A DNA stretch of 57,263 nucleotides from Candidatus Zixiibacteriota bacterium (GTDB lineage Bacteria; RBG-13-66-14; B26-G2; WVWN01): positions 1 to 57,263 of the forward strand of contig JASFLY010000016.1 of NCBI GenBank assembly GCA_050117845.1, in the 5' to 3' direction. The notes beneath the pieces were generated by a model, which saw nothing but the letters and a program-made list of their open reading frames with translations, ran no database searches and was not told where the DNA came from. The translations under genes were made by a program, and so were the position numbers. Shown here piece after piece: positions 1 to 9,148 of the stretch; position 1 is the stretch's first letter; every line of letters begins with the position of its first letter.

Positions 1-2
1 GG

Positions 3-545
3 GAGGTCCGGATTCACAAGCGAATACGCGACCGGGAAACGACCCTTGCCGTCCTGAAGGCCGGGGATTTTTTCGGGGAAATGGCGATTATAGACCGCGA
101 ACCGCGTTCGGCGAGCGCTACCGCGGTCAACGGGGCGAAAATCCTGATTCTTTCCAAGGATATCTTCGAGTCGCAAATCAAAACCAACCCCAAGATTATA
201 ATGTCCATCCTGCGCAAGATGAGCGAACGCCTCCGCGCCGCCGACCGCCAAATTAAAACGCTCCTGATGCGCGACAACCACTCCCGCGTCACCGGTACCC
301 TCCTCCTCCTGATGTCGAAACGCGGTACGCCCTCCGAACAGGGCGTGATGATGGAGCGCAAAAAGACGGTCGAGGAGCTGGTCAGCATGACCGGCCTTCC
401 CCTCGAGAAAACCGAGGAGGTCCTCGAGACGTTGCGGCGCGCCGGCATCGTACGCTTCGAGAATAACGCCATGATAGTGAAGTCGGCCGACAGCCTCGAG
501 CGTTTCATGAACTACCTGGAAATGAAAGAGGAATTCGGCCTGTAG
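3..545 (+). CDS. Crp/Fnr family transcriptional regulator (5' truncated by window edge)
   Basis: Frame is open from position 3 (EVRIHKRIRDRETTLAVLKAGDFFGEMAIIDREPRSASA), a cNMP-binding motif; C-terminal HTH-like segment (TVEELVSMTGLPLEKTEEVLETLRRAGIV). Confidence 0.9.
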   Translation, partial: EVRIHKRIRDRETTLAVLKAGDFFGEMAIIDREPRSASATAVNGAKILILSKDIFESQIKTNPKIIMSILRKMSERLRAADRQIKTLLMRDNHSRVTGTLLLLMSKRGTPSEQGVMMERKKTVEELVSMTGLPLEKTEEVLETLRRAGIVRFENNAMIVKSADSLERFMNYLEMKEEFGL

Positions 546-569
546 GGAGGCCTTACCCGGTAAGCCGCA

Positions 570-1289
570 TTGGACCAGTTTAAATACATTGCGCTCTGGC
601 TGATAACCGCTTTTCTCGTCGCGGATTACCCGCTCCAGTCTAACCTGGTGTTCGAGTTCCGCTATAAGTACAAGTACGGCGGCCTGTTGCACGTCGCCAT
701 CCACGCCCTCGTCGGCCTCGTATTCATCTCGCCCTACCTGACCCACTGGCAAGTATGGGCGGCCTTCGGGGCCACTATCTTCCTCCACTACTTCATCGAC
801 ACCGTCAGCAAAAGCAACATCTTCATGTGGCTCGTCGACCAGTCGGCCCACATCCTCCTCATCCTCGGCGCCGCATTCCTATGCCGCAACCTGCAGCCGA
901 TAGAGCTGCCGGCCGTAGTGGCCCGCTATTACTTCAGCGTACCATTCGCCCTCTACGTCATCGGTTACCTGGCCGCCGCGTTCGCCGGGACCATCCTGAT
1001 CTTGTTCGTAAAACTCACCTTTCTCCGAGACTACAAGCCCCGTCCCCTCCTCACCTACGAGAAGTTGACGGGCGTAATATCGCGGGCGATAGTCGTTACG
1101 GCCGTCATTCTGGGAGTTAAAGTTTCGCCGGCGTTTTTCTTCGCCGCCCCGGTCCCAGACCTGATCCGCCTCTACCTCGTACTCTCGCGGCGTGGCGACG
1201 AGAAGCATTACAGAGATATTTACGTACAGGACGTCATAATCTCCTTTGTATACGCCGCGGCCATAGGCGTCGCATTATCGTTCCTCTGA
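570..1289 (+). CDS. DUF3307-like membrane protein
   Basis: N-terminal FLVADYPLQS, LLHVAIH, HYFID, DQSAH pattern and several hydrophobic helices; TTG start. Confidence 0.7.
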   Translation: MDQFKYIALWLITAFLVADYPLQSNLVFEFRYKYKYGGLLHVAIHALVGLVFISPYLTHWQVWAAFGATIFLHYFIDTVSKSNIFMWLVDQSAHILLILGAAFLCRNLQPIELPAVVARYYFSVPFALYVIGYLAAAFAGTILILFVKLTFLRDYKPRPLLTYEKLTGVISRAIVVTAVILGVKVSPAFFFAAPVPDLIRLYLVLSRRGDEKHYRDIYVQDVIISFVYAAAIGVALSFL

Positions 1290-1294
1290 TTCCT

Positions 1295-2398
1295 ATGAAT
1301 ATATTGAAAATACTCCCGCTATTCGCCGCCTGCCTGGCGCTGGCCGCCGCGCCGGCCCTCGGCTTCGAGCGCAACCCCGGCGGCGACGCGGCCTCGTTCT
1401 CGACGTGGGGCCTCGGCGCCCGGGCCGACGCGTTGGGCCGGGCCTACGGGCCGCTGGCCGACGACGCCGCCTCGATATATTGGAACCCGGCGGGCCTCGC
1501 CGCCCTCGAACGCACCGAAATAAGCTTCGCGTACGGCGCCCCCTTCGCCGACGTCGAAGACGTTTCGATGGGAGACGCTGCCGCGGCCAAACCCCTCCTC
1601 TACTCCATGGGCGAGGATGCGGGCGGCGGCGGTTCGCTGGGCACGCTCGCCGCCGCGTTCGCTTATCGCCGGGCGGCCGGCATACTCGAGGCCGACGAAA
1701 AGGGACTCACGGGCCGCAAATTCGCCGACCTGGACTTCGAGCTTTACCTGGCGTACGCCCACACGTTGGGCGATAACGGCGCCTTCGGCCTGACGCTTAA
1801 AAACGTCACCCGCGAAGTCGGCGACCACGCCGATTCCGGCTTCGGCCTGGACCTCGGCGGGCGATTCTCGCCCGTGAAACGGCTGGGCGTCAGCGCCGTA
1901 CTCCGCAACGTCATCGCCCCCAACTTCCGGCTCAAGTACATCAAGGACGCGCCGCCGCTGACCTTCGAACTCGGCGCCGGCTACGACGTCTTCGGCTTCG
2001 CCCGGCCGGCCGCGGTGATAGAAATAACGAGGGAAGGCTTCTACGACGTGGGCGGCGGCGTCGAGCTAACGCCGTTGAAATACGTCGCCCTACGGGGCGG
2101 ATACTATACCGGGGACGAACGCGTCCGCGCGGGCCTGGGTTTACGGGTTGGGGACTTCTCTTTCGACTACTCGATGCGCTTCGGCGACGTACTCGGCGAC
2201 TCGCACCTGGCATCGATATCCTTCCTCGTGGGCGGCGGCCCCGCCACGGGCGATACGGGAATCCCGGAGGAGGAAGGCTACATCGAATACGACCCGGACG
2301 CCGAAAAGACGCCCGAGGGCGAAACGCCGGGCGAGGAACCGGAAGAGCCCGAGACGCCGGGCATCCCGGGCCTGGAGGAGCTTTTGGGCGGGGAATAA
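1295..2398 (+). CDS. PorV/PorQ-family outer-membrane protein with acidic Pro/Glu-rich tail
   Basis: Signal peptide; GARADALGRAY..LADDAASIYWNPAGLA motif; barrel-like body; EEPEEPETPG tail. Confidence 0.8.
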   Translation: MNILKILPLFAACLALAAAPALGFERNPGGDAASFSTWGLGARADALGRAYGPLADDAASIYWNPAGLAALERTEISFAYGAPFADVEDVSMGDAAAAKPLLYSMGEDAGGGGSLGTLAAAFAYRRAAGILEADEKGLTGRKFADLDFELYLAYAHTLGDNGAFGLTLKNVTREVGDHADSGFGLDLGGRFSPVKRLGVSAVLRNVIAPNFRLKYIKDAPPLTFELGAGYDVFGFARPAAVIEITREGFYDVGGGVELTPLKYVALRGGYYTGDERVRAGLGLRVGDFSFDYSMRFGDVLGDSHLASISFLVGGGPATGDTGIPEEEGYIEYDPDAEKTPEGETPGEEPEEPETPGIPGLEELLGGE

Positions 2399-2426
2399 AC
2401 TTAAAACTGCCGATATTCCGCAAACC

Positions 2427-2451
2427 AAAAAGCCCCCCGAGGGGGGCTTTT
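2427..2451. terminator. Bidirectional intrinsic terminator between PorV-like gene and tRNA-Val
   Basis: AAAAAGCCCCC-CGAG-GGGGGCTTTT, with A/T tracts on both sides, between convergent genes. Confidence 0.85.
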
Positions 2452-2458
2452 CTCTTTG

Positions 2459-2532
2459 TGGGCGATGCAGGACTCGAACCTGCGACCCCTTGCATGTCAA
2501 GCAAGTACTCTAGCCAACTGAGCTAATCGCCC
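2459..2532 (-). tRNA. tRNA-Val (GAC)
   Basis: Minus strand reads GGGCGATTAGCTCAGTTGGCTAGAGTACTTGCTTGACATGCAAGGGGTCGCAGGTTCGAGTCCTGCATCGCCCA: cloverleaf, anticodon loop TTGACAT, GGTTCGA T-arm. Followed by CAA rather than CCA. Confidence 0.97.
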
Positions 2533-2635
2533 GTCGACGGGAAGTATATCTAAGCGCGGCCGCCCGGTCAAGGGGAAATTACGTCCGGCGCCCGCCCCCG
2601 TAACGATAGGATCCGTGCCACCGCCTCTTTACGAG

Positions 2636-3547
2636 CTACAATAGGTCGGGCAAAGCGGCTTCGAAGTCCGTATACCCGAACTCGAATCCTGCGGCCGAGA
2701 GCTTCTCGGGCCGGGCCCGTTGACTCGCGAGAAGCAATTCGTCCGCCATCTCGCCGAGGGCCATACGGAGAGCGAACCGTGGCGTCGGCCACCACGCCGG
2801 CCGCCCGAGTTTCCGGCCCACGCTACGGGCCAAGTCTCGATTCCGCAGGGGCGCCGGCGCGCAGAGGTTGTACGGGCCCGCCGCACGGTCGTTTTCCAAG
2901 AGGTAATGTATGGCCGCGACCTCGTCGTCGTAATGTATCCAGGAGAACCACTGGCGACCCCCTCCCAACGGTCCCCCGGCGAAGTAGCGGAACGGCTTCA
3001 CCAGACGAGGGAACGCACCCCCCTTTCGGGCCAACACCAGGCCGCTCCTTACGACGACGCGCCGTACGCCCATATCCTCCACCGCTGCGGTCGACCCTTC
3101 CCACTGCCGGCAGACGTCCGCCAAAAACCCCTCTCCCGGCCCAGCCGATTCGTCCAGTTCGTCGTCGCCCCGTGACCCGTAGTAACCGACCGCCGAGGCC
3201 TGTATTAGCGCCGCCGGCCGGGAAGGAGCCGCCGCGAACGCCTCAACTACCGCTCCCCCCGCCGCGAGTCGGCTGCGTATTATTTTATCCTTATACTCCG
3301 GCGTCCACCGGCCGCCGGCGATATTCGCCCCCGCGAGGTTGACGACCGCGGCCCCGCCGGACACGTACCGGCCCCAGCCCTCCGACGTGTGGCCGTCCCA
3401 CTTCGCGTAGGTTACGCCTTCCCGCGTATCGGCGGCGTATCGTCCCGGGTCCCGCGTAAGTATAATGACGTTATGACCGGCCGCCATTGACCGCCGCGTC
3501 AGCCCCCGGCCTATAAAGCCGGTTCCTCCGGTGATGATAACGTCCAT
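2636..3547 (-). CDS. TIGR01777/YfcH-type NAD-dependent epimerase-family oxidoreductase
   Basis: ITGGTGFIG, VVNLAGANI, QASAVGYYG, FLADVCRQWE, WFSWIH motifs. Confidence 0.93.
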   Translation of the reverse strand: MDVIITGGTGFIGRGLTRRSMAAGHNVIILTRDPGRYAADTREGVTYAKWDGHTSEGWGRYVSGGAAVVNLAGANIAGGRWTPEYKDKIIRSRLAAGGAVVEAFAAAPSRPAALIQASAVGYYGSRGDDELDESAGPGEGFLADVCRQWEGSTAAVEDMGVRRVVVRSGLVLARKGGAFPRLVKPFRYFAGGPLGGGRQWFSWIHYDDEVAAIHYLLENDRAAGPYNLCAPAPLRNRDLARSVGRKLGRPAWWPTPRFALRMALGEMADELLLASQRARPEKLSAAGFEFGYTDFEAALPDLL

Positions 3548-3739
3548 CGCGTCCTCGTTCCGAAACCAGCCCTCGTTGATTTGAAATTAAATAAAAACGC
3601 CACGACGGCCCGAGGGGTCGCATGGCGCGCATCCGCTACGCATTCCGGGTTGCCGGATTATTCGGAGCCCCCGGACGGTAAACGGCCTACCGTTTGGTTC
3701 GAATATAATACCCCGCCACATTACGACTGACCCCAGCAT

Positions 3740-3768
3740 ATTATCGATAATACGGACGGCTTTGTCAA
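3740..3768 (-). promoter_or_regulatory. Putative sigma70 promoter; its -10 box overlaps a 14-bp palindrome
   Basis: TTGACA-17 nt-GATAAT on the minus strand; perfect palindrome TATTATCGATAATA at 3739-3752. Confidence 0.5.
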
Positions 3769-4159
3769 GCCATTCCCGGCGTTATCCGCCCCTTTAGCCA
3801 CCCCCTCAACGACCGATATGGGACCTCCGGCCGCGCTTCCCCGGTCAATGCGCGACCACCCCCGCCCCCAAGGGCAGCCACGGCCGGTTGTTCGGAACAT
3901 TTCGCCGGCCGCCGCCGTATAGTACCGAATATGATGTAATTTGACATGTATTGATAAGACGAAAACCCCTTTTTTTTGTTATAAAGAGCCTTCCCCTGCG
4001 GTTAGCGGGGCGGGGCGACTCGAACCATTCATGACCCTTAAAGCGTTAATAACGATCCCCGGGAGTAGTCGCCGGAGGGAGACGGGAACGGCGTCCACGC
4101 GGAAGGCGCGCAAGACCCGGCCGCGATTTCGGTTCCGCACCATTCGAACGGATTAGCGC

Positions 4160-4654
4160 ATGTTAACGCACGCCGAGTCATGGCGCGAGTTCATTTTCGC
4201 CCTGCGGTATCTGGCCGAATTAATCGGCACGGATACGCCCGCCCAATTGCGGACTATAGCGCGCGCCCTCAGCAAAACACGGTGGAATTTGCCGGACCCT
4301 GACCCTGCGGACGAAAACGGCGCTTTTTACGCGTATTCGGAATGCTTCTGCGAGCGCGTCGTGAATGAGCTCATCGCCAACGGCGAAGGGAATATGTCAG
4401 CCGTTCGGGTGCTTCTAGACCCCTTGCCCGGCAACACGACGATAAAAAAAATGTGCTACGTTAATAGTATCGGGAACATCATCGCCGGGTATGAATTGGC
4501 AGCCATCGCCGGATCCGAACGGCGCGTCGCTATATTCGAATCGTCCGGTTTGAACGAGGACGAAATCGAAAAGCTGTTCCGCAACGGTTACTCATGCCTG
4601 TTCGTGAAAAAAGCGGTCCAACCCGATGCCGCGCGAACAGGCTCCGACGAATAA
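4160..4654 (+). CDS. Hypothetical protein, possibly V4R-like
   Basis: 164-aa ORF with spaced cysteines (ECFCE...MCY...IIAG...IFE...GYSCLF) reminiscent of V4R domains. Confidence 0.5.
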   Translation: MLTHAESWREFIFALRYLAELIGTDTPAQLRTIARALSKTRWNLPDPDPADENGAFYAYSECFCERVVNELIANGEGNMSAVRVLLDPLPGNTTIKKMCYVNSIGNIIAGYELAAIAGSERRVAIFESSGLNEDEIEKLFRNGYSCLFVKKAVQPDAARTGSDE

Positions 4655-4836
4655 CGCCATACGCCGATTTACGACGGTACCGGGCATCTCTCCCGGAACG
4701 TTGTACCTCCTTGGAGTACGGGCGTCGCCACAAGGCGGCGCCCTTTTTTACGTTCGCCGGCCGCGCCGTTTTACTTTACTTCCCGCCCCGGCTTAGGGTA
4801 TATTGAAGCCGCAACAACGCCAGCCGCAATCAGGCC

Positions 4837-6024
4837 ATGTCGACAAACAAACCTATATTCGTATACGCCGTCCTCCTTTTTCTTTTCGGCGCGTGCGGCG
4901 CGCGCGACGCCGCGCCCCCTCCGCCGGGCGACGCCGCGCCCTTACCGACCGCGGCCGTCCCACCACCGCCCGATGACCTGGGCCACGGCCTTCCTTTAGA
5001 GAAAATCAAATTGCCGCCCGGTTTCCAGATCGACGTGTACGCTTTCGGCCTAAGGGGTGCCCGGTCGCTGGCCCTCGGCGACGACGGAACGTTGTTCGTA
5101 GGAACCCGAGTAGCGGGCCGCGTGTACGCCGTTCGCAACGTCGACGGCGACAACCGCGGGGACGACATATATACCATCGCCTCCGGTTTGAATAACCCCA
5201 ACGGCGTCGCCTTCCGCGACGGCGCCCTCTACGTCGCGGAGACGTCCCGCGTCCTCCGCTACGACGACATCGAAAACCGCTTAGCCGATCCGCCAACGCC
5301 GGCGGTCGTCACCGCCGCTTTCCCGCAAGATAAGCATCACGGGTGGAAATTCATCGCGTTCGGCCCCGACGGCAAACTCTACGTTCCCGTCGGCGCGCCG
5401 TGCAACGTCTGCGAACCCGACGACCCGATTTACGCCACCATCACCCGGATGAACGCCGACGGTTCGGGCCTCGAGGTCTTCGCTTCCGGCGTCCGTAACA
5501 GCGTGGGCTTCGACTGGCACCCGACCACGGGGGAACTCTGGTTCACCGATAACGGCCGCGACCTAATGGGGGATAACACCCCGCCGGACGAACTCAACCG
5601 CGCCCTGGAGCCGGGCCTGCACTTCGGCTTCCCCTACATCCACGGCAAGGACACGCCGGACCCGGAGTTCGGCGAGCGGGGCACGCCCGAACGCTTCGCG
5701 CCGCCGGCGCGCGAGCTGGCGCCGCACGTCGCCGCCCTGGGTATGCGTTTCTATACCGGGGAAATGTTTCCGGAGGATTATCGGGGCCACGTGTTCATCG
5801 CCGAACACGGTTCATGGGATCGCCGTTCGCCGCTGGGCTACCGGATAACGCTCGTCCGACTGAAGGGGAACGACGTCGTCTCGTACGAGATATTCGCGCA
5901 GGGATGGTTGCAGGGGCGCGAAGCGTGGGGACGGCCGGTCGACGTGCTGGTAATGCCGGACGGCGCCCTTCTCGTTTCGGACGACAAGGCCGGGGCCATT
6001 TACCGTATCAGCTACGTGGGATAG
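4837..6024 (+). CDS. PQQ-dependent sugar dehydrogenase / L-sorbosone dehydrogenase-like lipoprotein
   Basis: Lipobox-like LFGAC; HHGWKFIAFGPDGKLYVPVGAPCNVC, GVRNSVGFDWHP, AEHGSWDR, GRPVDV motifs. Confidence 0.9.
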   Translation: MSTNKPIFVYAVLLFLFGACGARDAAPPPPGDAAPLPTAAVPPPPDDLGHGLPLEKIKLPPGFQIDVYAFGLRGARSLALGDDGTLFVGTRVAGRVYAVRNVDGDNRGDDIYTIASGLNNPNGVAFRDGALYVAETSRVLRYDDIENRLADPPTPAVVTAAFPQDKHHGWKFIAFGPDGKLYVPVGAPCNVCEPDDPIYATITRMNADGSGLEVFASGVRNSVGFDWHPTTGELWFTDNGRDLMGDNTPPDELNRALEPGLHFGFPYIHGKDTPDPEFGERGTPERFAPPARELAPHVAALGMRFYTGEMFPEDYRGHVFIAEHGSWDRRSPLGYRITLVRLKGNDVVSYEIFAQGWLQGREAWGRPVDVLVMPDGALLVSDDKAGAIYRISYVG

Positions 6025-6057
6025 AGTTGGCCCGGAACGGTAGGAAGAGACGAGCCC

Positions 6058-7308
6058 TTATTCGTAGCGGATAGCTTCGATGGGGTTGAGACGGGACGCC
6101 TTCTGCGCCGGGTACACGCCGAATAGCACCCCCACCATCGCCGAAAAACCGAAACCCAACGCGATGGTCCACCATACGACCGCAGCGTCCAACGACGAAA
6201 GGGCCGACACCAGCGCCGCGACGCCCAGGCCGAATCCTATCCCGATAAAGCCGCCGAAAGCCGAAAGTGTAATCGATTCCAAAAGGAATTGAATCATTAC
6301 GTCCCGGTCCCGGGCGCCCACCGCCTTACGGATGCCTATCTCCCGCGTCCGCTCCGCCACCGAAACCAACATGATATTCATGATGCCGATACCGCCGACG
6401 ATGAGCGATATCGACGCCACGCCCACCATCACGAGCCACAAGACGGACGTTATGGTATTAAGCGACGAGAGCATCGACTCCTGGGTATTGAGGCCGAAGT
6501 CGTTGTCCTCGTAATACCGGAGGCCCCGCCGCAAGCGCAAGACCTCCTCCACGTCCTCAAGCGCGGTCTCGATGGGAACGCCGGCGTTCGGCAGGACTTC
6601 TATCTGGAGGCCGTGAAAAATCGACCGTCGCCCCTCGGGAGCCGTATAATATTTAAAGTACGTTGATATCGGGATAAATATCTTATTGTCCTGGGGCCTT
6701 CCGAACGAGGCGCCTTTCTCCTCCAAAACGCCGACTACGCGGTACTGGTGGCCTTCGACTTCGAGGGTTTGACCCACCGGGTTTTCCCCCTCCGCGAAAA
6801 GGTTTTCGGCCACGTAAGACCCTATAACGCACACCATATCGCGCCGCAGACGGTCGTCCTCCGTGATGAAGCGGCCGTCGAGGACTACCCAATTCCCGGT
6901 CAGGTCGCCGTCCTCGGCGATGCCGGCCAGCGTGCAGCTCTCCGCTTCGTACGAACCCCGGGTCAACGTATCCAGATCCGTATCGATGGTCGGCACCGCC
7001 GCTCGTATCGTCGAAAGACGGCCTATAGCCTCGGCGTCCTCCAACGTAAGGTCGTCCCTTTTGGCGATATCTTCGAAATTGGCGGGGGGCCCCGAGCCGA
7101 TATTGAACTCCATCTTCTGAACGTATATCGTATTCGTGCCGAGTGCGGAGAACTCCGCGTCGATGGTCCGGTCGAGCCCCTCGAGCAGCGAGAGAATAGC
7201 GATGACCGTAGTAACGCCGATGATTATCCCGAGGGCCGTAAGGACCGAACGGGACTTGTGGTGGCCGAGAGACCGGACCGAAAGCCGAAGTAGCGCCCAG
7301 AAGTTCAT
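6058..7308 (-). CDS. MacB-like ABC transporter permease
   Basis: RSVLTALGIIIGV; ISLIVGGIGIMNIMLVSVAERTREIGIRKAVGA; YPAQKASRLNPIEAIRYE. Confidence 0.95.
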   Translation of the reverse strand: MNFWALLRLSVRSLGHHKSRSVLTALGIIIGVTTVIAILSLLEGLDRTIDAEFSALGTNTIYVQKMEFNIGSGPPANFEDIAKRDDLTLEDAEAIGRLSTIRAAVPTIDTDLDTLTRGSYEAESCTLAGIAEDGDLTGNWVVLDGRFITEDDRLRRDMVCVIGSYVAENLFAEGENPVGQTLEVEGHQYRVVGVLEEKGASFGRPQDNKIFIPISTYFKYYTAPEGRRSIFHGLQIEVLPNAGVPIETALEDVEEVLRLRRGLRYYEDNDFGLNTQESMLSSLNTITSVLWLVMVGVASISLIVGGIGIMNIMLVSVAERTREIGIRKAVGARDRDVMIQFLLESITLSAFGGFIGIGFGLGVAALVSALSSLDAAVVWWTIALGFGFSAMVGVLFGVYPAQKASRLNPIEAIRYE

Positions 7309-8033
7309 ACGAGCCGCCCGTCCCTTAACGTTATTATTTCCTTCGCGTGGCGAGCCACGCTCTCCTCGTGGGTAACGAGTACGAGCGTCCGGCCGGCGTC
7401 GTTGAGGCTGTCGAGTAAGCCCATCAATTCGTCCTCGTTCTTGGAATCGAGGTTCCCGGTCGGCTCATCCGCCAGGATCAAAGCCGGGTCGTTGGCCAGC
7501 GCCCGAGCGACGGCGATACGTTGCACTTCCCCGCCCGAGAGTTCGTTCGGTTTATGGTGGCCGCGGTCGGCCAGGCCCACTTTACTCAGCATATCGGCCA
7601 CAATTTCCTGGCGCCGCTCGCCGGAAACCCGACCGTACAATAACGGCAACTCCACGTTCTCGGCAGCGGTTAAGCGCGGCAGGAGGTTGAACCGCTGGAA
7701 GACGAAGCCCACCTCCCGGCTCCGCACTCGGGCCAGCTGATCGTTGTTTAAGCCCGAGACCTCCAGGCCGTTGAGCAGATAAGAACCTTCGGTGGGTGCG
7801 TCGAGGCACCCCAGGATATGCATGAGCGTGGACTTGCCGGAGCCGGAGGGGCCCATGATCGCCACGTAGCCGCCGGCCGGGATGTCGAGGTCGATGCCGT
7901 CGAGGGCGCGTACGGCGACCGCCCCGGCGTTATACACTTTCGCGAGGTCCCGGGCCCGGATTACCGGCGCCGCATCGCCCGCATCATGCCGCGTGTCGTT
8001 ACTCCCGACTTCCCCGCGGTTCCGCTCGGCCAT
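7305..8033 (-). CDS. ABC transporter ATP-binding protein (MacB/LolD type)
   Basis: Walker A GPSGSGKST, LSGGE, LILADEPTGNLD, VTHE. Start codon uncertain because it overlaps the upstream gene. Confidence 0.95.
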   Translation of the reverse strand: MAERNRGEVGSNDTRHDAGDAAPVIRARDLAKVYNAGAVAVRALDGIDLDIPAGGYVAIMGPSGSGKSTLMHILGCLDAPTEGSYLLNGLEVSGLNNDQLARVRSREVGFVFQRFNLLPRLTAAENVELPLLYGRVSGERRQEIVADMLSKVGLADRGHHKPNELSGGEVQRIAVARALANDPALILADEPTGNLDSKNEDELMGLLDSLNDAGRTLVLVTHEESVARHAKEIITLRDGRLV

Positions 8034-9148
8034 CCCTCGCCTCCTTCGCTCACGATTACGTCCTCCACGACGTCGCCGTCCTGGAGTTCGCGTAGTTCCC
8101 GGTAGGGACCCGTAATTATTACCTGGCCCGACTCCAGTCCCTCCGTTATCTCCGCGTAGGTCCCGTCGGAGATACCGGTCTTAACCGGCGTAACCTTCAC
8201 CCGGCCACCGTCCAGAAGGAAAACCGTATCGTGCATTTTCCCGTCGATACGCTCCTTGCCTAGCGCCTGCAAAGGACACGTAATGACGCCCTCGCACGAG
8301 GATGTCGTTATCTCGGCGTCCACGGTCATTCCCGGCCGCAAACGCGGGTCGGCGTCCGTCAGATCCAGTACGACCTCGAACTCGGTCGCGTCGGTCGTGG
8401 CGTCGCCTTCGTCGCTCGGCATATAGCCGATACTGCTGACCACGGCGGCGAATTCCGAATCGGGCATGGCGTCCAGCGTTACTACCGACGGCTGGCCCAC
8501 CGCGAGGTCTGCGACGTCGGTTTCGTCCACGTATATCAGGGCCTGCATGGCCGAGAGGTCGCCCACCGTAAACATCACGGTCCCGGCGTTGTTCATCGTG
8601 CCCATGACGACCGTCTCGCCCTCTTCAACCTCGACCGCGACGACCCGACCCGCGATGGGCGAATATATCCGAGTCTTACTCAAATCGTCCTGACTCTGTT
8701 CGTAATGGGAGCGCGCCACAGCGTAATCCGTGCGGCGCGTATCGAAGTCGGCCTCCGACAACAGCCCCTCCTCGAACAAGGTCCGGCCCCGTTCGTACGT
8801 CGCCTTCGCCTGCTCGAGCTGGGAGTAGTAGAGGTCGCGTTGGAAACGATACTCATCGTCGTCCAGCGTGCACAGCAACTGCCCCTTCTTGACCTCGTCG
8901 CCTTCTTCCACGTATAGCTTCTCGATTTTCGCCACGACCTCGGCCGAGATGTCGACCTGGTTCAGGGCCTCGAGTTCGCCGTCCGCCGAAACCGTGGATA
9001 CTATATTGCCCGGCGTGAGTTCCATCGCTTCAAGGGGAGTCTTCTCGGGGGGACGACACGCCAGTTTCAGCACGACGGCCAAAACGACGGCCGGAACTAC
9101 GACGATAATTACGGTCCGGATAATCTTCCGACGTTTTCGCTTGTCCAT
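7961..9148 (-). CDS. Efflux periplasmic adaptor subunit (MacA-like)
   Basis: N-terminal TM anchor; VEEGDEVKKGQLL lipoyl half; IYSPIAGRV; LRPGMT. Confidence 0.92.
   Translation of the reverse strand: MDKRKRRKIIRTVIIVVVPAVVLAVVLKLACRPPEKTPLEAMELTPGNIVSTVSADGELEALNQVDISAEVVAKIEKLYVEEGDEVKKGQLLCTLDDDEYRFQRDLYYSQLEQAKATYERGRTLFEEGLLSEADFDTRRTDYAVARSHYEQSQDDLSKTRIYSPIAGRVVAVEVEEGETVVMGTMNNAGTVMFTVGDLSAMQALIYVDETDVADLAVGQPSVVTLDAMPDSEFAAVVSSIGYMPSDEGDATTDATEFEVVLDLTDADPRLRPGMTVDAEITTSSCEGVITCPLQALGKERIDGKMHDTVFLLDGGRVKVTPVKTGISDGTYAEITEGLESGQVIITGPYRELRELQDGDVVEDVIVSEGGEGWPSGTAGKSGVTTRGMMRAMRRR

Noticed and set aside
2400..2640. Integrative element at tRNA-Val
   Set aside because: No integrase and no duplicated tRNA 3' end noticed; flanking genes look chromosomal.
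4057..4122. yybP-ykoY Mn riboswitch (GGGAGTAG...GCAAGACC)
   Set aside because: Only the outer P1-like ends match; the conserved CGUCA-containing L3 loop is absent and the downstream gene is not a transporter.
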